From Cyanophora paradoxa CCMP329 (lineage: Eukaryota > Plantae > Glaucophyta), in NCBI GenBank assembly GCA_004431415.1, contig QPMI01000692.1:64204-128203 (forward strand): a stretch of DNA of 64,000 nt. The letters run 5' to 3'. Below, piece after piece: positions 11,901 through 23,764 of this stretch (its first letter is position 1; every line of letters begins with the position of its first letter). The notes under the pieces are model-generated. The model was not told the DNA's origin. It ran no database searches and saw nothing but the letters and a program-made list of their open reading frames with translations. The translations under genes and the position numbers were made by a program.

Positions 11901-14534
11901 TATGCTATTGTTCCGCGCATGCGCCGCGGCGTGGGCGCGCGGAAAGATATCCGGGTCCGTGCAGGATCGAATTTTTGCCGTCCGCTGGGTTCTCGTGCTC
12001 TTTCGCGTCTTCGAAGCTTGTGGAAGGCTTTGATAAAATCTCAAATGAATATTGTAGCGATGCGCATGCGCGAGAATGCGAGGGCGCGCGGAAAGATGTT
12101 CAGGTCCGTCCAGGATCGAATTTTCGGGGTCGGCTGGGTCCTCGCGGCCTGGTGCATTTAGAGACCGTGCGGAAGTCTTCTTCTACATCTTAAATGCTTA
12201 TGCTATCGTTCCGCGCGTGCGCCGCGGCGTGGGCGCGCGGAAAGATGTCCGGGCCCGTGTGGGATCGAATTTTTGCCGTCGGGTACCTTCCTGCGCTGTT
12301 CCGGCTCCGAAAAGCGGATTTCGGGGGTGCGCAGGCCGTGCTATGTCTATACGCGCCAGTACGCGTCGATTGCGCGCGTCGCGGGACCGGCCGGAACCGG
12401 GAGGATCAAATTTCGGCGTACTGTTCGGACTGCAGCGTCGAGGGCGCCCGAAATCGAGCTTGCGGCGATGCGCTCGCCCTCGCCCGTCATTCTGTATCGT
12501 TCTGGGGCGTCCCTGGCGCGATTTCGTTGCGGGACCGGGTCCCACCTTCTGACTCGGACTGCATTTGTCGGAGGTTAAGTACCGGAATTGATCCAGAGGG
12601 AAATTCGATTTTCGCGCGACGCCCACGGGGGAGCGGTCGTCTTAGGGGAGCCAGGACGCTAAAAATGGATCTAGAGAGGTCTGTGGGGGTTCGGGTGGCT
12701 GAGTGACTAGCGGCAATCGTGTCCGTGTCGAGGCAGAATTAATAATTCTGTCTCGAGGGAGTGCGACACGGAAATTATTCGGCAGGGGGGATCTCGAGTG
12801 GAAAAAAAGGTTAAAAAAGGAATTTGGATCGGCGGTTTTTGGTTTTGAGACAAGATCCGTGCTCCTGCGGAGCACTAAGTACGGCGAAGCCTCGCGGACG
12901 CCCTCATGGCTGTCACACTAGGCCTAGCGCACCGGCCAGCGGCCGGCCCGGCCGGGCCGATCGTGAACAGCGCTGGCCCGGGCCGGGAAGCTGGCGGCCA
13001 GCTGCAGCCCCACTTGTACTGGCCCGGCCAGCTAGAGGAATATGAAGGGGAGGGGTACCGTTTGGACTGGCTTTTAACTGGTGGAGCAGATTGAGAGCTC
13101 GAGGAGATTAATTATAAAATATTGTTGGGAGGGAGGCCCGGGAGGGGCGAGGTTCTCGTGGCCAGGCGCATGCACAGAGCTTGGGAATCGCTTAAACAGA
13201 ACCTAGAATGCATATAGCATCGATGTGCAGGGGTGCGGAGGCAAGGGCACGCGGAAAGCTGTGCAGGCCTGGCCAGGATCGAATTTTAATTTCGGGGTCG
13301 GCTGGATTGCCACGCCCTGTCGCGCCCGCAGAGCTTGCGAAAAGCTTTCAAAAGATCTCTGATAAATATTGTAGCGTTTTCCATACATGAGGACGCGAGG
13401 GCGCGCGGAAAGCTGTGCAGGACCGTCCAGGATCGAATCTTCGGGGTCGGCTGGGTTCTCGCGGCCCGGCACATCTGTAAAGCGTGCGGAACGCTTGATC
13501 TACATCTTAGATGCTTATGCTATTGTTCTGCGCATCCGCCGCGGCGTGGGCGCGCGGAAAGATGTCCGGGTCCGTGCAGGATCGAATTTTTGCCGTCGGC
13601 TGGGTTCTCGTGCTCTTTCGCGTCTTCGAAGCTTGTGGAAGGCTTTGATAAAATCTCAAATGAATACTGTAGCGATGCGCATGCGCAAGGATGCGAGGGG
13701 GCGCGGAAAGATGTTCAGGTTTCTAGCTATAGAGGATCGAATTTTCGGGGTCGGCTGGGTCCCCGCGGCCCGGCGCACGTGCAAAGCGTGCGGGGTGCTT
13801 CTTCTACATCTCAAATGCTTATGCTATCGTTCCGCGCATGCGCCGCGGCGTCGGCGCGCGGAAAGATGTCCGGGCCCGTGCAGGATCGAATTTTCGCCGT
13901 CGGGTACCTTCCTGCGCTATTCCGGCTCCGAAAAGCGGATATTTGGATTGCGCAGGATCTGCTATGTCTATGCGCGCCAGTACGCATCGATTGCGCGCGT
14001 CGCGGGACCGGCCGGAACCGGCCGGATCAAATTTTCGGCCTACTGTTCGGACTGCAGCGTCGAGGGCGCCCGAAATCGAGCTTGCGGCGATGCGCTCGCC
14101 CTCGCGCGTCATTCTGTATCGTTCTGGAGCGTCCCTGGCGCGATTCCGTCGCGGGACCGGGCGGGACCGGGTCGACGTCCCACCTTCTGATTCGGACTGC
14201 GTTTGTCGGAGGTTAAGTACCGGAATTGATCCAGAGGGAAATTCGATTTTCGCGCGACGCCCACGGGAGAGCGGTCTTCTTAGGGGAGCCAGGACGCTAA
14301 GAATGGATCTAGAGAGGTTTGTGGGGGTTCGGGGAGCTGTGTGATTTGTGTGTGATGGGGGAAGCGTCACGTCCGTGTCGAGGAAAAATTATTAATTTTT
14401 CACGAGGAGGCTGCACAGGGAAATTATTTACAGGGGAGATGAAAAGTTTCGGGTTCGAATCCGACCGGAATTTGGCTCGTTGTTGACCGGGTTTGAGAAA
14501 GAGGCTTCGCCTGAAAGAGGCTTCGCCTGATAAA
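8976..14534 (-). mobile_element. Non-autonomous Helentron/Helitron2 (DINE/HINE-like) head-to-tail trimer with internal satellite arrays
   Basis: Subterminal inverted repeat GGCGAAGCCTC (9010-9020) vs GAGGCTTCGCC (14501-14511, 14517-14527); hairpin GTGCTCC-tgc-GGAGCAC (8986-9002); minus strand ends in CTTGT|T and starts in a T-run. Units restart at ~10938 and ~12850; internal ~300-bp subrepeats. Confidence 0.75.
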
Positions 14535-14734
14535 ATTCAAAAAACACTACTTTGAGGCATTCTATATATATTCGGAATCGCCGCGATGTGATGACCCCGA
14601 ATACGTCGGTGACCCTGTATATATGTATATGTCGGAATATGCGAAAAAAGAAAAAACAAAAAAGTGAAAGCTGTGCGGGATCACACACACGGAGGTTCAG
14701 ACATATATACGAAATATATACATGACTGAATTGT

Positions 14735-15544
14735 TTATTTTTCACCAAGTTCATAGTTAGTCATAATGAGATGGTTTCTTTTCTTTTTTGTCATACCATA
14801 CACTTTGCCATACGTATGGCGAATATAGGGTTTAAATAGGAGTTTCATTAAAAGAGCATCATTTACAACCATCATAACCTTGCATTTCGCTGTCTTAAAT
14901 AGGTCTTCCAAATCCAAAAAGAAGGTTTCTAAATCGAATTCTACATTTTCGTAAAAGTCATTATTGCTGTTTACGTATGGAGGATCGAGAAATATAAAAG
15001 CCGCTTCATCATCTCTATATTTGGCTACGATATCGCGAAAATCCCCATGGGATAGGCTGGCTTCTTTTATGAAATCATCGTAAGGTATCTTCTTTTTAAG
15101 AGTTGTATATGGACTCACCTTCACGTTTCGTTTTTTGAAATCACGGAGGGTTTTAACATTTAAAACGCTGTTTTTAAGAAGATAGAAATGGTGAGCCAAG
15201 TAATCCATTGCATCTTTACGATCATGTTGTAGAAACTTCTTATAGACTTCTTTATGCTCTTCTATATTGCTAACTGCTTCGAACTGTTTAAGACTCTCTA
15301 AGAGTTTAACTTTATTGTCTGGGTCTTTCATTGTATTCAAAAAAAGGGTATGGGTTTCGTCGTTATCATTCATATAATAATTAAACCGGTCTTTATGCTT
15401 TTCCCAAAGATAGAAACTACAAGCACCTGAACCACAAAACGGTTCTATAACTTTATTAATTCCTTCTAAATCGATATATGGATAGATCGTATCCATTTCA
15501 TTATACTTGTTGCCGGTATATTTATGGTAAAAGTGAGTCTTCAT
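14735..15544 (-). CDS. D12-class (Dam-like) N6-adenine DNA methyltransferase
   Basis: Y-T-G-N-K, IEPFCGSG (motif I), MND, FIFLDPPY (motif IV); 269 aa, intact, AT-rich, intronless. Confidence 0.9.
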   Translation of the reverse strand: MKTHFYHKYTGNKYNEMDTIYPYIDLEGINKVIEPFCGSGACSFYLWEKHKDRFNYYMNDNDETHTLFLNTMKDPDNKVKLLESLKQFEAVSNIEEHKEVYKKFLQHDRKDAMDYLAHHFYLLKNSVLNVKTLRDFKKRNVKVSPYTTLKKKIPYDDFIKEASLSHGDFRDIVAKYRDDEAAFIFLDPPYVNSNNDFYENVEFDLETFFLDLEDLFKTAKCKVMMVVNDALLMKLLFKPYIRHTYGKVYGMTKKKRNHLIMTNYELGEK

Positions 15545-15760
15545 TTATTATAGGAAGAGAAAAACAATTTATATATGTATCTCGCATGTAGTTTGCATGT
15601 ATCTTGCATAGTGGGCGGGGCGCGAGTGGTTCCAGTTGCGATTAATCGTGGTCTATCGTCGTACTTTGTCGGTGGGGCTTACCTTGGTCTCGCAAGTTTG
15701 TGCAGGTGGGCATTTTCGGCAGCACAAACTTGCTTTAAAAAATATAAAATGAAATTCGGT

Positions 15761-16108
15761 TTAACTCTTACGTGTTTTGCTATAACACTCTCGGCATTGG
15801 TAGTTGAGACCATCCTTCGTTCTTTGTCTTTTATTAAACTTACTTGCAAGCTTCTCAATCTTCAAAGGCTTGCAGTGCGAGCATATCTTCGATTGTACTT
15901 CGATCTTCGGACGCGTTTTTAACACACAATGATAAAGGTAATTGTGATACTCTCGGTCGCAGTCTTTGCATCTCCAATTCAAAAGTACATTCCCTGAGCT
16001 ACGCTTTTGCAATGCATAACTCGATGCCGGTTTTACCTTATCGCAAACATTGCACCGCTTACTCTCAGGTAAATTTACTTGATTGCTTGCCATTGTTACA
16101 TTATACAT
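15761..16108 (-). CDS. Small protein with two CxxC...CxxC zinc-ribbon repeats (NCLDV/PLV type)
   Basis: KRCNVCDKVK...WRCKDC and KICSHCK...YQCRECY. Confidence 0.7.
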   Translation of the reverse strand: MYNVTMASNQVNLPESKRCNVCDKVKPASSYALQKRSSGNVLLNWRCKDCDREYHNYLYHCVLKTRPKIEVQSKICSHCKPLKIEKLASKFNKRQRTKDGLNYQCRECYSKTRKS

Positions 16109-16474
16109 TCGGGATATCTTTAAGTGGGGATCACTTGTTTATTTGGTGGGGTTTACCTGGATTTTTCAATTTGGCTAACTGAAAACAGTCCGGAAACGAT
16201 CGGGAACATTTCGTAAAAATAAGGGTCTTACTGTCCTTACTGAGAGATCGGGGGAAAGTTAAAGGGCTTACTGGGAATGGTAAGGAATTAGAAAAATAAA
16301 GAATGAAAGGGTTTCGTGATTGGTTTCAGTAAGGAGAGGTTAGAAGTCTGAAAAATACAGTGCTATTTTATAGTTTGTTACTGAGCCTTACTGAGAAATT
16401 TGAAAATGGATAATGGGCTTACTGAGAATGGTAGTGGGAAGGTCGCGCAATTGGTGGGGCTTACCTGCATGCGA

Positions 16475-17040
16475 GCGGCAGCGAAGGCGTACCCCCACCG
16501 GGGACCCGGAGGGAGCGCGCGGGGAGGGGTTTGTGCATCTAGACCTAGGGCCTTCTCCGGGCCCGCGCGGGAGGGGTACGCCACCGCCGTCGCCTTCGGA
16601 CCAAGGGCCGATGGGGGGCCCCTTGCCCGAAGGCGGCAGCGAAGGCGTACCCCCACCGGGGACCCGGAGGGAGCGCGCGGGGAGGGGTTTGTGCATCTAG
16701 ACCTAGGGCCTTCTCCGGGCCCGCGCGGGAGGGGTACGCCACCGCCGTCGCCTTCGGACCAAGGGCCGATGGGGGGCCCCTTGCCCGAAGGCGGCAGCGA
16801 AGGCGTACCCCCACCGGGGACCCGGAGGGAGCGCGGGGGGCGGGGTACGGGTATCTAGACCTAGGGCCTTCTCCGGGCCCGCGCGGGAGGGGTACGCCAC
16901 CGCCGGCGCCTTTGGACCAAGGGCCCCCGCGATTGGGGGGCGCCTTGCCCGAAGGGGCCAGCGAAGGCGTACCCCCACCGGGGGGCCCGAAGGGAGCGGG
17001 AGGGTGGAAGTTTGGGTCGGGGCGGGGTACGGGTTCTAGA
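16475..17040 (+). repeat. 158-bp GC-rich tandem repeat, ~3.5 copies; probable terminal-repeat region of the PLV
   Basis: Units start at 16475, 16633, 16791 and ~16955 (gcggcagcgaaggcgtacccccaccgggg). Confidence 0.9.
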
Positions 17041-17639
17041 CTCTAGTAGGAAGATGTGCTAGTGGGAAGATGTGGGTGAGTCAACAACTGAGCGCACCAG
17101 ATTGCATAAGTTGGACGTGCTCGAATTCGAAGCTGCGCTGTCGCAGACACATGCTGAGAAGACCTTGCCGCAGCCGAAGACGATGCAGGCCTAAGGACCT
17201 AAGGACCATGACTTCATGAGCATGACATAATCCAGAGAAAGTCTTCTTATGACGCGCATCCGCAGGACGGACTTATGATGACGGCAACACGTTAAGCACG
17301 AAGGAAACCTTCGACGACCGCAGCCTCTCCGAGCGCAAGGTTTACGTGGCGGTTGGCTGGTTCGTACCTTACGGGATCCACGGACCGGAACGGCAGAGCG
17401 CAGGTCCAGCAACCACTCCTGCGCAACGAATCAAGTACGAAGAACGTCTCGATAGCCTAGTAATACGCAACCCGGCGGCCGCCGGCCGGAACGCAGGCGG
17501 AACGCGGGGCGTGTAGAAGCATCCGACATGCGGGGGCGCATTCTCGACATGGGATAGTTTCCGAAACACATTTGTGCTGCGTAGTTTGCCGGTGCATCGC
17601 CCGCTCATTCCCGTTGGCGCTTTCAAAGTGACGATCTGA

Positions 17640-18704
17640 CACTAGTAGATAGGGGGGGGGGGAAGTGACATTATTCTGACAATATTCTGGTATTATTTAA
17701 AATGTCAGAATGAATGACATTATTCTGACATCATTCTGACATTACTAGACAGCGCGAGACTTCAAATGCTAGAATCAGCTCGGAAACTAGGCCGGCAGGC
17801 GTCCCCGGCCCAACATTTAGCGTCGGGCGGTGCTCTTTCGATGATGAGTGTCCGCTTGCGCCGGTTTAATGTCAGAATAATGTCAACATGCCCGATATTA
17901 TCTTGACTTTACTTTGACAATATATAGCCTCTTAATACTAGACATCCGTACTATACGCGCGCGGCCGCGCGGGCGGCCCCGCGAGGAGATTTCGGGCCGG
18001 CGCTCCCCGGACGCCGGCCGCCGCGCCCGGCGTATGGATAGGCCGTGTCAAGGCGCGCACGGGAAGCCGCGCACAGGAAGCGGCCCGGTGCGCCCCCGTT
18101 GGCCGCCCTAGGAGATAATGTCAGAATAATTTCAGATCAAGGTCAGGTGAGGGGTGTTCGGATGGGGGCGATCCGAGGTACGTACGCGTTGCAGCGCGCA
18201 TTAAAGAGACATCTAATATCATGTATAAAGGTTGAGAGCGGCGCCGTGGGCTGGCGAGCGCGCACCAGAAAAGCGCGGAGCTTCGCTGCAGTTTCGCTCG
18301 GACAGATCGCCTCCGAAATCTGGACACGCAAAGCTTGAGGTTAGATACAAACCAGTGTGAGGGGAAAGAGAGTGGGCCGAAAGTCGGCTACCTCGGCGAG
18401 TTCGGCCAGGGCGCGGCCAGGGCGAGCTCGGTCGCGTAAGAAGAGGGGAAGGAGCGGCGGAGGAGCCGCTCTTACACGGCCGTTTCGCGAGCATGTTGTT
18501 AGATTGTTGTTAGATTGATGTTATTGTGACATCAACATGACATTATCTCTGATATCACTCTGACAGTATTCTGACATTTTGGGATAATGTCAGAATAATA
18601 TCAAGTCGGACAAAAATAATGTCAGAATAATATCGGGTCTGACATTATAAATAATGTCAGAGTACTGTCAGAATAATCTCACTTCCCCCCCCTATCTACT
18701 AGTG
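17640..18704. mobile_element. Non-autonomous CACTA (EnSpm) transposon/MITE
   Basis: TIRs CACTAGTAGATAGGGG...GAAGTGA / TCACTTC...CCCCTATCTACTAGTG; 3-bp TSD TGA at 17637-17639 and 18705-18707; many subterminal TGACATTATTCTGACA-type repeats in both orientations. Confidence 0.93.
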
Positions 18705-18717
18705 TGATGGCGCGCCC

Positions 18718-19587
18718 ATGAGAGCCGTGTGCCGACGGTTTCGGCGGATCGCGGACGACGGCAGCCTCTGGGAGCGCGTTGCGCTGCGCGAGCCGAACGA
18801 CGCGGCGGCAGAGGCGCCGCGCGCGGCGCTGATCCATGGCCAGCTGCCTGAGAAGGCGCGGGCGGCGGTACCGGTGCGGCGGATTTGCCCGGCCAGCTTC
18901 AGGCGGCTCGTGTCAGCATTCCGGGAACAGCTGGAGGAGCTGCACGTGCTCCTCAGCGGCGGCCAGGGCGCAGCAGACGTGTCTGGCCTGGGGGCCATCA
19001 AGTGCGCGAGCGCGCTTCGCGAGCTGTGCGTCGGCGTCGCGATCGACAACGAGAAGTGCGCGTGGGACCCGCCACTTCACGCCACGGCTGCCTTCACCCA
19101 GCCCCTGTCGATCATCCAGTTCCTATCCAAGCTCGAGGTGCGCGTTCGCTTCGCAAACGTTAGCGTTATAACTAGTGTCAAGCGATCCGAGACTCAGAGT
19201 CTCGTTCGTAAACCACGCGCTCGCCCGCGCACCGCAGCGCCTCGCGACGGGCGCGCCGTCCCTTCGCACCACGGACATCGGGGCCCCGCTCCCGATCGCC
19301 GCGGACCTCGCTGCGGTCTCCTCCCTTGCGTTCCTCCACGAGCTCAGGGCGCGTTTCATGATCACCGCTCCTCTAGATCCGCGCTGCGTTGCGTTGCATT
19401 TTGGGAAGATCTGACGTTTAAATTTGCCCGCGCATACATAGATCTCGGACGGCGCTGCAAAGCGGATCGGCCCCGCGGAGCGCGAGAACCTGCTCAGCGT
19501 CCTCCTGGACACGAACGTCGTCTTCGACGACGACGACCAAGACGTCTACGTCGACTCGGAGGCCAACTCGTAGCTTGGCTTATATAA
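18718..19587 (+). pseudogene. F-box-like protein fragment downstream of the CACTA insertion
   Basis: RAVCRRFRRIADDGSLWERVAL resembles the C-terminal half of an F-box, followed by LRR-like LEELHV/LRELCV; exon structure unresolved. Confidence 0.45.
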
Positions 19588-19864
19588 GAGCCGCCACGCC
19601 CGATCGTCCCAGACCCCGCCGAGCACTGGTCCGGTCCCGTCCTTCCCTGCGGCTGGGCCCTGTCCCGGGGACACGAACGTCGTCTTTGAATTCGAAGACG
19701 AGGACTCGGAGGCCGGGTCTGTTGTCACCGAGTACTAGCTAGTGTAGCTAAGTACCAGTACAAAGTAAATATAACCATGGACAACACGATTATTTTACAA
19801 AGTAGTGCGCGGGGCCACACAAAAAGGGAAAAGGGGGTCGGCCGCGGGGGCCTCGGGGCCCACA

Positions 19865-22800
19865 CTAGCCGCCGCCGAGGCCCATCAGGACGTCGACGGC
19901 GCGCGAGAGGTCGCCCCGCGCCTCCGCCAGCGCCCGCGCGTTCGCCGCCGCGTCCCCGAAGCCCATCCCCGCCAGCTTCCGCATCTCCGCCTCGTAGGGG
20001 TACTGCAGAGGATGAGGGGAAGTGGGGGGGATGGCACGGTACGAGGGGGCGGACCTGCTGCTGGGCGGGGGCGGCGGGGGGCGCGGAGGGGATCGGCGCC
20101 GCGCCGTATCGGCTGCGGGGCGGGGCGGGGGGCTGTGAGGGAAGCCTGAAGGGCAGCGGAATCGGGCAGGGCGGGAGCGCACCCGGACACGGGGCCTGAG
20201 GGTTCTGGAATTCGAAGGGGTGTGAGCCCAAACAACGGGGGGTACAAGCGGAGGACTCACCGGAGGGATGGGGGGCGGAGGGGGCGGAGTGGAGGGAGGG
20301 GTACATGGACTGGGGGCGGGCCATGGGGGCGATCCGGTGCCTCCGCATGTACGTGAGGAACTGCGTGATGGTAAAATATACCGTACCCCGCCCGAATACT
20401 CGGGGGGGGGGGGAACCCGGACCTGGGTAGGGATCTCGGCGAGGACCTCTTTGGCGAGCTTCTGGTGCGCGCCGTGGCCCTTGAAGTCCCGGAACGGCAC
20501 GAACTGCAGTACCCCCCAGCCGGGTCGGACGACAGAGGGGGGGGATGAAAGGAATGGGGGTACCTGGACGATGTCGTTCTCCATGACTTTGCCGTCGGCG
20601 CGCAGCGGCTCGTCGTCCGCGTCGAGAATGTCCATATTCGAGAAGTCGGCCTGCGTGGATTCGAACCAGGGACGAAGGTCAGAGGGGACAGAGTAATGGG
20701 GCGGGACGGGGGAGACGCTAGGCACTCCGGGCGTGCGCGGCGCGCGGCTCGGGGGGAGGCGGGCGGGCGGGGCGCGGGGGGGTGGGGGAGGCGGGGGGGT
20801 AGGGAAAGTGGGTACGCACGCTGCCGACGCCGACGATGACTATAGAGAGCGGCAGCGACGAGGCGTGGACGATCTCACGCACCGTGGCCTCCATGTCTGA
20901 CGGGGGGTACGCGGCTCTTTCGCGCGCGGGGTACAGGGGGGTGGGGCGGGGTACGCGCGCGCACCGTTGATGACGCCATCAGTGAGGAGCAGGAGGATGT
21001 GGTAGTTCTGGCGGTCCGCAGTGAACCGCTGCTGCGCAAGCTCCGCCGCCCTCCGGACGATCTGGGGGGTACCGCTTCTGCCAGGGCGGGGCGAGGGGCT
21101 TACGAGGTTTTCATCATCTTTTTTTCGCACCTGGCTGAAGATCGTGGGCCCGTGGAGCCGCACGGAGCGCAGCGTCTGGTGGTACGCCTCCAGGACGCCC
21201 TGTACCCCCGCGCACTCGGGCTGCGTGCGAGAAAGGAAGCGCTCAGCCCCGGAGAAGGCGAGGCGAGGAAAAGCTTCGTTCGCACGCTGAACTCGTTGCC
21301 GTTGAGGGGGAAGCAGTGGTTGACGGCCCAAGAGGGCGGCAGCTGCGCCCCGAAGCCCCACGCCTGGCGAAGGAGAGGGGGGGGGGAGTCAGGCGAGCAG
21401 GGGGGAAGGGAGGGAGGGAGGAAGGTGGGGTACCGGGAACAGCTTGTCGGTGTCGTAGTGTGCGAGGATTTCTCCTACGGCCCGAATCGCCTGCGGAGGG
21501 AAGGATACCGGCTCGGGCGCGAGGGCGAGAAGAGGCGGGACGGGGAGGGCTGGGGCGGGGGCGGGAGCCGTTGAGGGGATTGAATTCGAAGAGCTGAACC
21601 GCACTCTAGACCGGGCGCGCCTAGGGGCTGCTTAGAACGAGCGGCAGGGGTCGCGCTTGAGCTCGAGGCAGCTCGGAGCCGGGGAATAGGGTCATATGAG
21701 CTCAGGCCCGGGCTAGCCCGGGACACCTGCTCGTATTCGTTCGGCTGGCTCCTGCGGGCCCGCTCCGGTGAGGCGGGGGGGTGGGAGGGGGGGGAAGGAA
21801 TGGGGGTACGCGGACCCGCCGACGTAGTGGAGGGACGTCGAATCGGTGGGGGCCCTGCGGGGGTACGTGAATCGCGCCGTGCCCTAAAACAATCCTGCGC
21901 AGGACCCGCGCGCACCCGTTGCTCGCCGTGAAATCGATCGCGACGAGAAGGGATATTTCCTGCGGGGGTGCGGTTCGAGCCAGGGGGAGGAATCCCGAGG
22001 CGGGTACGGGGACGCACGCAGCCGCCGGCGATGTAGTCCAAGAACGAGTGTTCTCGTGTCACGGAGAAGCTCTCGACCTGCGGCGGCGTCGGGAAAACCG
22101 GTCGCGACCGGGTTCGAACCCGGGCGCACCAGGACGGCCCCGCAGGAGGGGTCCGGAGGCTCGCCCTCCCGCTTGGAGAGGGGTAGCTCCTTCCGGCCCG
22201 AGCGGAGCTCCCCAAGGCTCGTCTGAGCCGTCTGAGCTCCGGGCCGTCCGAGCGCGGAAGGGGGGTACGGGATTGCCCACCTGTGCCCGGCCCAGGAGCT
22301 CGTGCGCCCCGCCGGAGTGGTAGTGGAACACCTCGACCAGCAGCGGCCGGTCGAAGTCGCCTGTACCCCGCCTCATATCGGCCCCAGGGGTACCGGGGCG
22401 TGCGGGAAGGGCAGGGGAGGGGTACCGTTGCAGAGGGTCTGGACGGTGGTCTCGTGCTGCTTCCACTTCGGGTGGAGGGTGTTGTCGTCCACCTGGGGGT
22501 AGAGGAAAGTTTTAGGCGGGTAGAAGAAGAAGAAAAAGTAGGGGAAGGGATACGCCGACCTCGCTCTTGTACACGGGGCCGTACGTGTTGTCCTCGCGCG
22601 CCCGGCTGACCACCACGAAGGCGTCTGGGGCACGGGCTCGGTCGCGGGCGGGCGGCGGCCGCGGGTTCGAATCCGGGCGCACCGGTCTTCCACCAGAGCA
22701 TGCGCATCTTCGGTATGCCCCGGGCCGCCAGCTTGAAGCTGCGCGGAGCGGGGCGGGGGCCCGGGCGCGTCGGGGCCGCGAACGGGTCGTAGCGCGCGTA

Positions 22801-23764
22801 CCCGGCCGAGCGCACCGGACCGTGTCGAGGAGCCCCTTCACCTCCTCCGCGTGGATGGTTATCTGACCGTTCTTCCGCGTGGGGTGCTTCCCGTTCCTGC
22901 GAACGAACGTTCCTCCGCGACAGGCGGGGCGCCGCGCAGGTCGCGTCAGACTCACCTGAGCTCGCGGGTGAGCCGCTGCCCCCGGGAGGAGACCAGCTCT
23001 CCCAGGACGATGTCGGCCTCCCCGATGAAATCGTGAGCGGAGAGGTCCCGGCTGTTGCTGTCGCTGTCGTACACCTGCGCGGCCGCCCCGTTCGATTCGC
23101 CCTTCCGTCCTTGTTCGGAGAGGAAGGGCGGCCCGTGCGCGGCGAGGCGCGGCTCGCCTCGAGCTTGAAGTGCTGGTTCTCCTCGAAGTAGTAGTCCAGG
23201 CGGAACGTGGTGGTGAACTTGGGGTTCTTTTGGAGGGCGGGGCGCAGGCGGGCGGGCGCCGGGCGGTGAGGCCGGCGCGGGCGCATGCGGAGGGGCGGGC
23301 CGGGGCGGCGGGGCGAGCGCACGGGACAGTTGTCGATGGTTTCTGTGCGCCCGATCTCCTTCCACTGCCTGCGTGCGTCAGGGCGCCGTCGGTTAGCCGA
23401 GGCCGCTCGACGGAGGGCGTCGGCGCTCGGCGATGAGCGCTCGTCGTCGGCACTCGGCGCTCATTCGGAGCTCCGAGGCTTAACTTCGACGGGCGCCACG
23501 CACCCCGAAGGCACACGCCCGTAGAGTACGACGAAGGGGTCTGCGCTTCCCGGCGTCAGCGAGGCGAGCGCTTGACGAGCGCCGCAGGGCCAGCGCGCCG
23601 GACTCTGATAGGACATCGAGCTTGACTAGGCTCGTGCAGGAGATGCTCAGCTCCACCTGCGCGAGGCGACACTCGTCGGCATTGCGCTCGGAAGCCGGCA
23701 AAGCACGGACCTTGCTGGCAAGGCTTCCGCCGTCCCCGATAAGCTCCTCTATTACCTTCGTCAT
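19865..23764 (-). CDS. Copine (C2A-C2B-vWA) with Pro-rich linker and C-terminal UBA domain; roughly 25 short exons
   Basis: Exon peptides VELSISC, WKEIGRTETIDN, NPKF..YYFEENQ, HSFLDYIAGG, VAIDFTASNG, YDTDKLFP, HCFPLNG, LHGPTIFS, LLLLTDGVI, LPLSIVIVGVG, DIVQ/FVPFRDF, LAEIPTQ; UBA LAGMGF...GDLSRAVDVL. Confidence 0.93.

Larger units (their letters stand above)
1..17080. mobile_element. Endogenous Polinton/Maverick-like virus (PLV), right portion; left end outside the window
   Basis: Dense intronless ORFs with much lower GC than the host genes; pPolB plus rve integrase; shared promoter motif; repeat-rich end at 16.2-17.1 kb. No capsid genes seen; right boundary approximate. Confidence 0.8.

Noticed and set aside
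9219-14370. Many overlapping 100-290-aa ORFs in the repeat array
   Set aside because: They are translations of a GC-rich satellite, recur with the repeat period and show no domain motifs.
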